This document shows positions 25,959 to 42,450 of a DNA stretch of 64,000 bases, piece after piece (position 1 is the first letter of the stretch; each line of letters opens with the position of its first letter). The notes under the pieces are model-generated. The model was not told the origin of the DNA and did no database searches. It saw nothing but the letters and a program-made list of their open reading frames with translations. The position numbers were made by a program, and so were the translations under genes. This stretch comes from the human T2T-CHM13v2.0 reference genome, Homo sapiens, in NCBI RefSeq assembly GCF_009914755.1, contig NC_060931.1. The stretch is one strand, 5' to 3'.

Positions 25959-27273
25959 AATAGGAACAGCTCCAGTCTGCTGCTCCCAGAGAGACCAACA
26001 CGGAAGGTGGGTGATTTCTGCATTTCCAACTAAGGCACTCAATTCATTTTATTGGGACTGGTTAGAAAGTGGGTGCAGCCCATGGAGGGCAAGCAGAAGC
26101 AGGTGGGGTGTTGCCTCACCCAGGAAGTGCAAGGGGTCAGGGAACTCCCTCCCCTAGCCAAGGGAAGCCATGTGGGACCCTGCTGTGAGGGACAGTGCTA
26201 TTCGGCACAGATACTATGCTTTTACCATGGTCTTCACAACCCACAGACCAGCGGTTTCCCTTGGATGCCTATACCACAAGGGCCCTAGGTTTCAAGCACA
26301 AAACTGGGGGGCCATTTGGGCAGACACTGAGCTAGTTGCAGGAGTTTTTCATACCCCAGTGGCACCTGGAATGCTAGCGAGACAGAACGGTTCACTCCCC
26401 TGGAAAGAGGGCTGAAGCCAGGAAGCCAAGCAGTCTTGCTTACTGGATCCCACCGCCATGGAGCCCAGCAAGCTAAGATCCACTGGCTTGAAATTATTGC
26501 TGCCAGCACAGCAGTCTGAAGCTGACCTGGGATGCTCCAGCTTGGTGGGGGAAGGGGCATCCACCATTACTGAAGCTTGAGTAGAAAGTTTTCCTCTCAC
26601 AGTGTAAAAAAAGCAGCCAGGAAGTTCACACTGGGCAGAGCCCACCTCAGCGCTGCAAAGCCATGGTAGCCAGACTGCCTCTCTAGAATCCTTCTCTCTG
26701 GGCAGGGCATCTCTGAAAGGAAGGCAGCAACCCCAGTAAGGGGCTTATAGATAAAACTCCCATCTCCCTGGGACAGAGCAACTGAGGTAAGGGGCGGCTG
26801 TGGGTGCAGCTTCAGCTGACTTAAACGTTCCTGCCTGCCAGCTCTGAAGAGAAAATGGATCTCCCAGCACAGCGCTGGAGCTCTGCTAAGGGATAGACTA
26901 ACTCCTTAAGTGGGTTCCTGACCCATGAGCCTCCTGATGGGGAGACATCTCCCAACAGGGGTTGACAGACACCTCATACAAGAGAGCTCTGGCTGGAATC
27001 TGGCAGGTGCCCCTCTAGGACGAAGCTTCCAAAAGAAGGAGCAAGCAGCAATCTTTGCTGTTCTGTAGCCTCTGCTGGTGATAACCAGGAAAACAGGGTC
27101 TGGAGTGGACCTCCAGCAAACTCCAGCAGACCTGCAGAAGAGGGGCCTGACTGTTAGAAAGAAAACTGACAAACAGAAAGCAATAGCATCAACATCTAAA
27201 AAAGGACAACATAGCAAAAACTCCATCTGAAGGTCACCAACAGCAGAAACCAAAGGTAGATAAATCCATGAAG

Positions 27274-28298
27274 ATGAGGAAAAACCAGCACAAAAAGGCT
27301 GAAAATGCCAACAACAAGAATGCCTCTTCTCCTCCAAAGGATCACAATTCCTCACCAGCAAGAGAACAAAACTGGATGGCAAATGAGTTTGACTAATAGA
27401 CAGAATTAGGCTTCAGAAGGTGTGTTATAACAAACTCCTCTGAACTAAAGGAGCAATTTCTAACCCCAATGCAAGGAGGCTAAGAACCTTGATAAAAGAT
27501 GAGAGGAATCGCTAACTGGAATAACCAGTTTAGAGAAGAACATAAATGACCTAAGAGAGATGAAAAACATAGCACGAGAACTTCATGGAGCACACAGAAG
27601 TATCAATAGCTGATTCAATCAAGTGGAAGAAAGGATATCAGAGATAGAAGATGGACTTAATGAAATAAAGCATGAAGACAAGATTAGAGAGAAAAGAATG
27701 AAAAGGAACAAACAAAGCCTCCAAGAAATGTTGGACTATGTGAAAAGACCAAACCTAAGTTTGATTGGTGTACTTGAAAGTGACGGGGAGAATGGAACCA
27801 AGTTGGAAAACACACTGCAGTGTATTATACAGGAGAATTTCTTCAACCTAGCAAGACAGGCCAACATTCAAATTCAGGAAATACAGAGAACACCACAAAG
27901 ATACTCCTCGAGAAAAACAACCCCAAGACATAATCGTCAGATTCACCAAGGTTGAAATGAAAGAAAAAATGTTAAGGGCAGTGAGAGAAAAACGTTGGGT
28001 TACCCACAAAAGGAAGCCCATCAGACTAACATTGGATCTCTCTGCAGAAATCCTACAAGCTAGAAGAGAGTGGAGGCTAACATTCAACATTTTTAAAGAA
28101 AAGAATTTTCAACTCAGAATTTTATATCCAGCCAAACTAAGCTTCATGAGTGAAGGAGAAATAAAATCTATTACAGACAAGAAAATGCTGAGGGATTTTG
28201 TCATGACCAGGCCTGCCTTACAAGGGCTCCTGAAGGAAACACGAAATATGGAAAGGAAAAACTGGTACCAGCCACTGCAAAAACATACAAAAATGTAA
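27274..28298 (+). pseudogene. L1 ORF1p (RNA-binding), disrupted
   Basis: Fragments EERISEIED...YVKRPNL...QIQEIQRTP and MKEKMLRAVREK...YPAKLSF; stops and frameshifts present. Confidence 0.93.
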
Positions 28299-28361
28299 AG
28301 ACCATCAAAACTATGAAGAAACTGCATCAACTAATGGGCAAACTAACCAGCTAACATCATA

Positions 28362-32118
<3,757 letters not shown>

Positions 32119-33860
32119 ACAATGAGAACATATGGGCACTGGGAGGGGAACATCACACACTGGGGTCAGTCAGGGGGTGGGGAGCAAGTGGAGGGATAGC
32201 ATTAGGAGAAATACCTAATGTAGCTGATGGGTTGATGGGTGCAGCAAACCACCATGTACATTCTAGGCAATACCATTCAGGACATAGGCATGGGCAATGT
32301 ATACCTACGTAACAAACCTGCACATTCTGCATATGTATCCCAGAACTTAAAGTATAATAAAAAAGAACAAAAAAGAAAGAACCAAACAGAACTTACGGAA
32401 GTGAAAAATTTACTGTGGAGCTTTCAGAATACAGCTGGAAGCCCCAATAATAAATTAAGCCAAGTAGAAGAAAGAATTTCAGAGCCTGAAGATCAGTCCT
32501 ATGAATCATCCTATTCAGAGAAAAATGAAGACAAAATAATTTTTTTTTAAGAAGACAAAATTTTCTGAGAACTATGGGATGATGCAAAGAGAACAAACCT
32601 ACGACTCACTGACATTCCCAAGGGAGAAGAAGAGAAAGTATACAGTTTAGGAAACATCGTTCAGGATATAATGCATGAAAAATTTCCCAACCTCACTAGA
32701 AATGTTGACATGCGAGTACAAGAAATCCAAAGTCCTGTGAGATACTAAGCAAGACAACCATCTCCAAGACACATAGTGAGCAGAATTTCCAATTTCAAAT
32801 GAAAAAAAAAACCTGAAAGGCAGCTAGAGAAAGGGTTCATATTACCTATAAAGGGCATCACATCAGAACAACAGCAGACTTCTCAGCACAAACCTTACAA
32901 GCCAGAAGCAACTAGGGCCTATTTTTAGCAGTCTTAAAAAAAGAAATTCCAACAAAGAATTTCATAACCCACCAAAGTAAGCATCATAAATATGGAGAAA
33001 TAAAGTCTTTTCTCAATAAGCAATCACTAAGGGAGTTTGTTACCATCAGACCAACCCTATAAGAGATGCTTAAGGGAGTTCTAAACATGGAAACAAAAGA
33101 ATCATACTTGCTGCCACAAAAGTACATGTAAGTACATATCCCACAGATCCTATAAAGAAATTACATAATCAAGAGTACAAAGAAACTGGCTAATAACACC
33201 ACGACAAAACTAACACCTTTAATATCAATATTAACCATGAATGTAAACAGCCTCAATGCTCTACTTAGAAGACGTAGAATGGCAAATTGTATTTTTAAAA
33301 AGTTAACCTTCTGCTATCTTTAAGAGATCTATCTCAAATGTAATGATGCCCATAGGCTCAAAGTAAAGGGATGGAGAAAGATCTACCACGGAAACTGAAA
33401 ACAAAAAAGAGCAGAGGTCACTATTCCTGTATCAGATAAAACAGTCTTAAACCAGCAACAATAAAAAGCAAACAAACAACAATAATAACAAAACAAAGAA
33501 AGACATTACATAATGATAAAAGGATTTAATTATCTTAAGTATATAGAAACACAACATTAGCACATTCAATTTTATAAAATGATTACCACTAAACCTAAGA
33601 ATAGACATAGACATTCACACAGTAATACTGGGGGACTTCAACATCCTATTGACAGCATTAGACATATCATCAAGGTATAAAACTAACCAAGATATCCTGG
33701 TCTTAAATTTGACACTTGACCAACTTGATCTAATAGACATCTACAGAATACTCCACTCACAACCACAGAATATACATTTTTCTCATCTGCACATAGAACA
33801 TATTCTATGATTGATCACGTTTGGTCACAAAGCAAGTCTCAACAAATAAAAAAAAAATCA

Positions 33861-34109
33861 CCGAGGCTGCTGGATCATGAGGTCAGGAGTTGAAGGCCAG
33901 CCTGGCCAAGATAGTGAAATCCCATCTCTACTAAAAATACAAATATTAGTTGGCACGGTGGCAGGTGTCCATAATCCCAGCTACTAGGAGGCTGAGGCAG
34001 GAGAATCACTTGAACCCAGGGGACGGAATTTGCAGTGAGCCGAGATCATGCTACTGCACTTCAGCCTGAGTGACAGAGTGAGACTCCATCTCAAAAAAAA
34101 AAAAAAAAA
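33861..34109 (+). mobile_element. 5'-truncated AluS (Sg/Sc-like) inside old L1 ORF2
   Basis: Starts at ccgaggc (A-box region missing), ggatcatgaggtcaggag, poly-A; TSD aaaaaaaatca on both sides. Confidence 0.93.
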
Positions 34110-37100
34110 TCAAAATCATGCCAAGCATATTCTTGGAAGACAGTGGAATAAGAATAGAAATCAATATCATCAGGAGCTCTTAAAAACCACACAAATACAT
34201 GGAAACGAAACAACTTGCTCCTAAATGACTTTTAGGTGAACAATGAAACATAATTAATCACAAATTAACAATCTAATGTCATACCTAAAGGAACTAAAAA
34301 ACAAGAACAAACTAAACCCAAAGCTAGCAGAAAAGAAATAACTACAATCAGAGCAGAACTAAATAACATTGAGACCAAAAAATCTATACAAAAATCAGTG
34401 AAACGAAAAGTTATTTTTCTGAAAAGATAAACAAGATCGATAGAATGTTAACACATTAACAAAAGAGAAAAAGAAGATACAAATAAATACAATCAGAAAT
34501 GACAAAAATGACATTACAACCAATCCCAAAGAAACAAAAAAGATCCTCAGATTCTACTATGAACATGTCTATGCATACAAGCTAGAAAATCTAGAAGAAA
34601 TGAATAAATTCCTGGATACAAACAGCCTCCCAAAATTTAACAAGGAAGAAATAGGAACCCTGAGTAGGCCAATAATGAGTTACGAAATTGAATGAGTGAT
34701 AAAAAAACTACCAACCCAAAAAAGCCCTGTACCAGATGAATTCATAGGCAAATTCTACCAGATGTACAAACAAGAGCCAGTATCAATCCTACTGAAATGA
34801 TTCCAAAAAATTGAGGAGGAGGAATTCCTCTGTAACTCATTGTACAAATCGATATCATCCTGATAATAAAATCTAGCAAAGACACAATAACAACAACAAC
34901 AACAAAAAACTACAGGCCAATATTCCTGATCAACATAGATGCAAATATCCTCTACAAAATATTAGCAAACTGAATCTGGCAACACAACAACAAAAAATAT
35001 CCAGCACAATCAAGTGGGTTTATTCTTGGGATGCAAGGATGATCCAATACACACAAATTGATAAATGTGATTCACTACATAAACAGAGTTAAAAACAAAA
35101 AAACTCCATGATAATCTCAAAAGACACAGAAAATAAATTCAATAAAACCCAACCTCCCTTCATGTTAAAAATCCTCAACAAACCAGGCACCAAAGAAATA
35201 TATCTCAAAATAATAAGTCCCATCCGTGACAAACTCACAGCAAATACCATACTGAACAGGCAAAAGTTGGAAGCATTCCTCATAAGAAATCGAACAAGAC
35301 AAGGATGTTTGTTCTCATGACTGCTATTCAATGTTGTACTAGAAATCCTAGCCAGAGCAATGAGGCATGAAAAAAAAAAAGACATTGAAATAGAAAAAAA
35401 AAAAGGAAGTAGAATCATCTCTCTTTGCAGACAATATGATTCTATAATTAGAAAGCCCTAAAGATTCCACTGTAAGGCTCCTAGATTTGATAAATGGCTG
35501 CAGTAAAGTTTCAGGATACAAAATCAATGTACAAAATTAGTAACATTTCTATACACCAATAATGTTCAAGCTGGAAACCAAATCAAGAATGCAATCCCAT
35601 TTACATTAGTCCATACAAAAAATATCTAAAAATACATGTAACCAAGCAGGTGAAAGATCTCTACAAGGGGGACTACCAAACACGGCTGAAACAAATAGAT
35701 GACATAAATGGAAAAACATTCTATGCTCATGGATTGGAAGAATCAATATTGTTAAAATATCTATACTGTTCAAAGCAATCTACAGATTCTAAGCAATTCC
35801 TATCAAATTATCAATGCCATTCTTCCCAGACTTAGAAAAGCTATTCTAAAATTCCTATGAAACCATAAAAAAGCCAAAACAACCAAAGCAATCCTAAAGA
35901 AAATGAACAAAGCTGGAGGCATAACATTACTTAACTTCAAATTACACTGCAAGGCTATAAGTAACCAAAACTGCATGGTACTGGTAGAAAAGCAAACACA
36001 TAGATCATTGGAACAGAATAGAGGACACAGAAATAAATTTGCACACCTCCAACTAACAGATTCTTGACAAAGTCAGCAAAAGTAAATAATGGGGAAAGAA
36101 CACTCTATTTAATAAATGTTGCTAGAAAAACTGGCTAACTATATGCAGCAGAATGAAACTTGACCTATACCTCTCATCATATACAAAAATTAATTTAAGA
36201 TGGATTAAAGACTCAAATGTAAGACCTCAAACTATAAAAATCCTACAAAAAAAAACTAGGAAGTACTCTTCTGGAATTTGGCCTAGGTAAAAAATTTATG
36301 ACTAAGTCCTCAAAAGGAAATGCAGCAAAAACACAAATTTACAATTGAGACCTACTTAAACTAAGGAGCTTTTGCACAGCAAAAAAACTGTCAACAGAGA
36401 AAACAGACAACATACAGAAAGAGTGACAATAATTGCAAACTATGCATCTGACAAAGGCCTAATATCCAGAGTCTGCAAGGAACTTAAACAAATCAAGAGG
36501 AAATAAATAACTCTATTATAAAGTAGGCAAAAGCCATAAATGGACACTTCCTAAAAGAAGATACACAAGCAGCCAACAAACATATGAAAAAGAGCTCATC
36601 ATCACTAATCAACAGAGAGATGCAAATCAAAACCACAATGATATACCATCTCATACCAGTCAGGATGGCTATTATTAGAAAGTCAGAATAACTGATGTTG
36701 ATGAGGTTATAGAGAAAAGGGAATGCATACACTGTGGGTGGTAATGTAAATTAAATTAGCCCCTGTGCAAAGCAATTTGAAGATTTCTCAAAGAACTAAA
36801 AATAGAATTACCATTTGACCCAGCAGTCCCATTACTGAGTATTACACAAAGGAAAATAAATTGTTCTTCCAAAAAGACACTTGTTTATTGCAAGTTTATC
36901 ACATAAGTATTCACAATAGCAAATACATGGAACCAAACTTGGTGCCCATTAATGGTGGACTGGATAAAGAAAATGTACATATACACCATGGAATACTATA
37001 CAACCATAAAAGCGGAATCATGTCCTTTTCAGTGTTAGCAAACTAACACAGAAACAGAAACCCAAATACCATATGTTCTTATTTATAAAAGTGGGAGCTA

Positions 37101-37490
37101 AACATTGGGTACATTTAGACATAAAGATGGGAACAATAGACACTGGGGATTCCCAAAGGTGGGGAGAAAGAGTAAGGGTTAAGGGCTGAAAAACTAACTG
37201 TTAGGTACTATATTCACTATTTGGGTGATAAGATCAATAGAATCCCAAACCTCCTGCACCACATAATATACCCCTGTAATAAACCCACACATGTACCCCG
37301 AATCTAAAATTTTAATAAAAGGAGCTATTAAAAATTTTAACATAAAATAATGCTATTTAGCATTCTTTTCACCAACTATAATGTTCTGGAGAAGATTGCT
37401 CATGAAAAGATACATAACAACATGTACATAGGGTACATATCTGACTTTTTGCTTCAGACTTTCATATGGCTCAACCTGCCAATGGTCTTT

Positions 37491-37960
37491 AAGACACGTG
37501 CACTTGCATGTTAATAACAGCACAATTCACAGTAGTAAAGACATGAAATCAACCTAGGTGTCCACCAATGGTGGAATGCATGAAGAAAATCTGGTATATA
37601 CACACTGTGGCATACTACACAGTCATAAAAAGAGTGAATCATCTTCTTTGCAGCAACATGAATGCAGCTGGAGGCCATAATCCTAAGCAAATCAGTGCAG
37701 GAACAGAAAACAAAATACTGCATGTTCTCATTTATAAGTGGGAGCTAAACATTGGGTACTTATAGACATAAAGATGGCAACAATAAAAACTGAAGACCAC
37801 TAGATGGGGGAAAGGGTTGGAAATGTTACAATTGGGTACCACGTTTAGTACCTTGGTGACAGCATCATTCATAACCAAAACTTCAGCATTATACAATATA
37901 TCCAGGTAACAAACCTGCACATGTACCCTCTGAATCTAACATGAAAATTGGGGAAAATAA
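37491..37960 (+). mobile_element. Second old L1 3' end (L1PA16/17-like), 5'-truncated
   Basis: aagacacgtgcac...gtgggagctaaacattgggtac...aacaaacctgcacatgtaccctctgaatcta. Confidence 0.88.
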
Positions 37961-38029
37961 ACAAACCCAAATACCTCTCAATGAATAAAAAAATAATATG
38001 TGGGAGAAAGAAATTTTGATATTTTATTC

Positions 38030-38166
38030 ATAATTTTTTACATTAATTTTGATTTCTAAAAATATTCCATCAAACATTATAGCTTTGACTACTGAGTTTT
38101 TGGTGACCCCAATTACATTTGCACTGAGATGAATGCCTTACTTGCCTCACCTTGGTTCTGGCCCTT
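38030..38166 (-). mobile_element. MER96B-like (hAT) fragment
   Basis: Reverse complement agggccagaaccaaggtgaggcaagtaaggca...caccaaaaactcagtagtcaa matches the recalled MER96B 5' end. Confidence 0.6.
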
Positions 38167-38789
38167 GTATATGACAGAATCACCAGTCTTGAGAAATAAA
38201 AATGTGCACTAAAATAAAATAGTAAATAAATAAAATGTATTTCGCTAATCACTAAGAAGAAGAAATTTATATGTTCAATTTAAAATCATTCATTTTAGTT
38301 GTAACAAGTCAGAATGACTGTCCTATGATAGAGATACTGGTTTATGTCATTAGTCATCTATGGGTTGATCCTGATAGGTAAGAAAAATGAAACTGACACA
38401 CACACACACTCACACGTGGCTTATTGTCACACACGGCTTCTGTGAATATGAGCTCAGACAACCTTAAAATATCAAAACATTCTTCTCAGTAGAAGACTGA
38501 AGAAAAACATCTTGCTTTTATCACTGGGAAGGGAAATCAGGATAATATTTTATTATTAAATTCAGAAGAGTTATTAGGCTTGAAAGCACTCTTTTCATTT
38601 CAACTTTTAGTGTTGTTACTTGAGAATACTTCTGTCATCTCCAAGAAGTATTTTGACAAACAAAGAAAACTAGAATGCCAGTGTCAAATATTCATATCCT
38701 ATAGTTGGTCATGCAGGCCAGGCTATGTGCCAGTCACTGATTACACACAGTGGCTAATGAAGCCAACTAGAACCATTATGTAGCTCAGC

Positions 38790-39390
38790 GGGAGAGCTTC
38801 TCAACTCTGCTGTCAGTTAAAATCATCTGGGGTGTTTCTTTTTTTTTTAATTTAATTTTATTTTTTTAAGGCGAATTTTATTTATTTATTTATTTTATTA
38901 TGCTTTGTTTTAGGGTACATGTGCACAATGTGCATGTTAGTTACATATGTATACATGTGCCATGTTGGTGTGCTGCACCCTGTAACTCCTCATTTAACAT
39001 TAGGTATATCTCCAAATGCTATCCCTCCCCCCTCCCCCACCCCACAACAGGCCCCCGGTGTGTGATGTTCCCCTTCCTGTGTCCATGTGTTCTCATTGTT
39101 CAATTCCCACCTATGAGTGAGAACATGCGGTGGTTTTTTGTCCTTGTGATAGTTTGCTGAGAATGACGGTTTCCCGCTTCAACCACGTCCCTACAAAGGA
39201 CATCAACTCATCATTTTTTATGGCTGCATAGTATTCCATGGTGTATATATGTGCCACATTCTAAACAGTACTAATGCCTGGGCGTCACCCAAGACCAGTT
39301 ACTGGGAATTTCTAGCTAATGGGGCCCAACAATCAATACTATTTTAAAGCTCCTCAGATATTGTAAAGAGGAGCCTGGATTAAAACTCAA
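38790..39390. mobile_element. MER5 (hAT-Charlie) split by L1PA insertion
   Basis: cttctcaactctgctg...aatcatctgggg before the L1; aatgcctgggcgtcaccc...aaagctcctcag after it. Confidence 0.65.
38839..39260 (-). mobile_element. Young L1PA (L1PA3/4-like) 3' end, 5'-truncated
   Basis: ttttagggtacatgtgcacaatgtgca...ggtatatctcc...cccacctatgagtgagaacatgcgg, close to hominoid L1 consensus; poly-T tail. Confidence 0.92.
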
Positions 39391-39419
39391 TCGCTTATAG
39401 CCTAATGGAGAGAACACCA

Positions 39420-39720
39420 AGAGTGCATATAATCATTCATCCACACATTCAAAATGAGATGATGCCATGGGGGAACAAAAGGATGTTGTCTTAGAAAAGA
39501 AGCGAGACTTCCCTTACAGAATACACAGAGTGACCTTTCTGAGAGAGAGATTTAAATAGAGACTGAAATGAACAGCCAGCAGCTTTGTAGGGAACAAGAA
39601 GAGAAGATTTCAGATAAAGAGGTAACATGAGCAAATGTTCTGAATAGGAGAAGGAAGTGTGTGTACAGGTGCGTGGAGCAAGGAGAGAGTAACAAGAGGT
39701 GTAGTTAGGCAGATCCGAAA
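39420..39720 (-). mobile_element. L2 fragment
   Basis: gagtgacctttctg...atgttctgaataggagaaggaagtgtgtgtacagg. Confidence 0.5.
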
Positions 39721-42099
39721 TGAGAGGTAATGGAGGAGGAAGGAAACAAGGAAATTGTTGGGCTGCATTTCATCAAGTTCACTACTCTGCACTCATCTTG
39801 CATTATCTCAGTTAATTCACAGAGTAACCATTTGGGATTTGTAGTAAAGTAAGTAAAATTTAAAAGTTTAAGCTATAAAGAAGTATATAATAAAAATAGA
39901 CTTCATTGGGATTCGTACAGATAGAATGCAAAGAAAAATAGAAAAAAAAGTTTCTGTTTCTCTTCCCTATTTGTTTTCTCAAATGGGAAAAAAACATTTG
40001 CAAGTTTTCCTTTGTTTAGGATTAAAATATGGATAAGAATTTCTGTACAATATAGAAAAAATATTTAAGATTTGACAATGACAATGTAAGCTTTAGACAG
40101 GATAGACCTAAGTCATAAAAGTCTTAGAGTCTGAGCCACGGAATTCTTTATTTGAAAAAGCATCTGCCCAGCAATTATGACCAAATTGGTTAAAGCTGCT
40201 AAAATGGCAACTATTATGTAAGGTCAAAGCACTTGCCGGTTCATTGACTGCCTTAGACATCACAGTGTGCAATAAAATGCTTTTTTCTTAACTGTCATTT
40301 CCTCTAATTTGATTGAAATAGAGAAGTAATTTTTACTGGAACAGAATTTTGACTTTGAACAACTGACAGTACAGAGAGTAGAAACCACTTCTGTGACCTT
40401 GGCCTTGTCATATTCTACAGAGGAAAGGTTTTGAGAAGCTGTTTGAAAGAAAGAGTCCATACTCCTCACTTTTCCTTTTTTGTCAATTGAAAAGAAGCCC
40501 ACGTTTTTTTCTTTTATCAAACCAAGTAAATGATGTTATCCCCTTGAGAGCCACAGGTTAATGTCAGGGGCCATTTTCGTCCTACTTCTTTGGTCATATT
40601 TCTTTAGAAAATGGAAATGCCATTCCCAGGTGCAATTCTCCTTCAGGCAAGAAAGTTAACCTATGATTTCAAAAAATATAAGAGTTCAGATCTTTAGCTA
40701 TCCATAGTAAATGGGGTGAATATAGCTTTTTATGTATGGTGCCTACTCCAATTAAGAAAATTCTCACCCATTTGGAATTAGTTAAAAAAAAAAAAAAAAA
40801 GGCAAGTTTGGACAAAGACCACAAAGCATTTCTGCCAAGCCAGGCTCCAGAGATTTGTATCTGCCCACATTAAATTCAAATCTTTAGTTGTTACTACAAG
40901 GCTGCCAAATTATAATTTTCATTTTATTTCAAGGAGGATATTATGAAACTTTAGCTTCCAACAAAGAATTCATATTAAATAGCAAATGTGAACCTAAGTA
41001 CTCAATATGACCATACAATCTTAGAATGGAGAAAACAACACTTCAAATTCCTCTGCTAAGTATATTTTTATCCATTGATTTAAAGGATAAATTGTTTGTC
41101 TATTGTAACAGACTACTATATATCTTTCTACCTGACTTTTCAGGATCCAAAAAGTAACCAGACTTGGTAAATATACAGAAGCAAAGGACATATTCACCTT
41201 GGTTCAAGAGGGTGTCAGGTAGTCATGTATTTTCGAAGTGTTTTTCTCAAAATTAAATTTGTATGGTAGATTGATATTACAGGGGAAGTATAACACAAAC
41301 ATTAATATAAGTATAAATTAGGATTAAGGCATAAAGTAGGTTCTCAATTTGACAAAGTCTGCTCAGTTATCTCTCTTTTTCTCAAGCTCTATTTCCTGAA
41401 ACCTAAGTCTGAATGGTAGTGACAATTTATTCCACTGGTTCTCTGGTATTTTATCTCCTGTCTTGAAACCTGTGCTGAGGCTGCTGTGTGTGTTTTCCTC
41501 CTCAGCTCTTCTAGTGAAGAAAGTTGTCTCGGTATTTTGGAAGGTGTAAGCTTGAGACAGACTTGCTTTGTGGAGGACTCTTGCTCCAGGGAAGCTATCT
41601 CAATTCACCTTGAGCCCTTTGGCGGGGAGATTAGCACCATAAAGGCAATTATGCCACTCTCAAAACAACCCATACTTTCTCGAATTTCCTCCTTGAGAAA
41701 ACTGAGTCAATTTCTGTACAAGAATCTTTTTATATAGACTAAAATTAAACATTTATTTATGCTAATAATATGATTGTGTTCAAGTGGTAGGATATTTGGA
41801 TCATGCTTCCTTCAACAATTTTTAGTTTTCTTCGAAGTGATATTTTCTAAATGTTAAAATGTTCACCAAAGTACATAGGTGTTAATGGTAAATTCAAAGA
41901 AAAATGTTGAGGTGGTATAGTCACAGAATTTTAAAGCAATTGCTCACTGTTTTTAAAAAAGGCAGCTGACATTTTCATCATATTTTTGGAAGAAATATAG
42001 TAAGGAACATGATTTACATAAGAATGAAAATGTCCATAATATGTTAGGTTTTTGTATCCTTTAAAACATGGTCTTAAGGTAACTCCAAATGAGGGAAAT

Positions 42100-42450
42100 A
42101 ACTCACATTCATGCATTTTTAAAATTTATTAACCATTTATTTCTTGAACTTGGTAAGTCTAGTGTTAGGATACTAAGGATACAATGATGAACAAAAAGAT
42201 TCTCTTGTCATTCTAGAACTCACAGTCAACTAGGGACATTATTCAAATGTTCATAAGAAAGTGCATGGTAATAGGTATTACCATGCAAGTTGCAATTGTA
42301 ATAGGTATTATCAAAGAGTAGTATATGATATCAAAACAGAGTACAATAGAGATATTTAACCTGGTTCAGGGTGTTAGTGGAGACTTCTTGATGAAATAAG
42401 AGTATAAACTAATAGAAAGTGGGAGTAGAGGTTAACTTGGAAAAAAGAGG
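42100..42450 (-). mobile_element. L2 3' end
   Basis: cattcatgcatt...taggatactaaggatacaatgatgaacaaaa...tagaactcacagtc. Confidence 0.7.

Noticed and set aside
24130-27382. Many overlapping ORFs in a GC-richer region, resembling a gene or CpG island
   Set aside because: These are the two L1 5'UTRs; CpGs are decayed and the ORFs are incidental.
37050-37960. Apparent tandem duplication of the L1 3' end
   Set aside because: The two copies differ widely, and the second retains sequence deleted in the first (~37030); independent insertions are more likely.
39021-39045. G-quadruplex motif on the minus strand
   Set aside because: Standard L1 3'UTR G-rich tract, not locus-specific.
40260-40520. 86-aa minus-strand ORF
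   Set aside because: Non-ATG start, no recognisable domain and no convincing splice sites.
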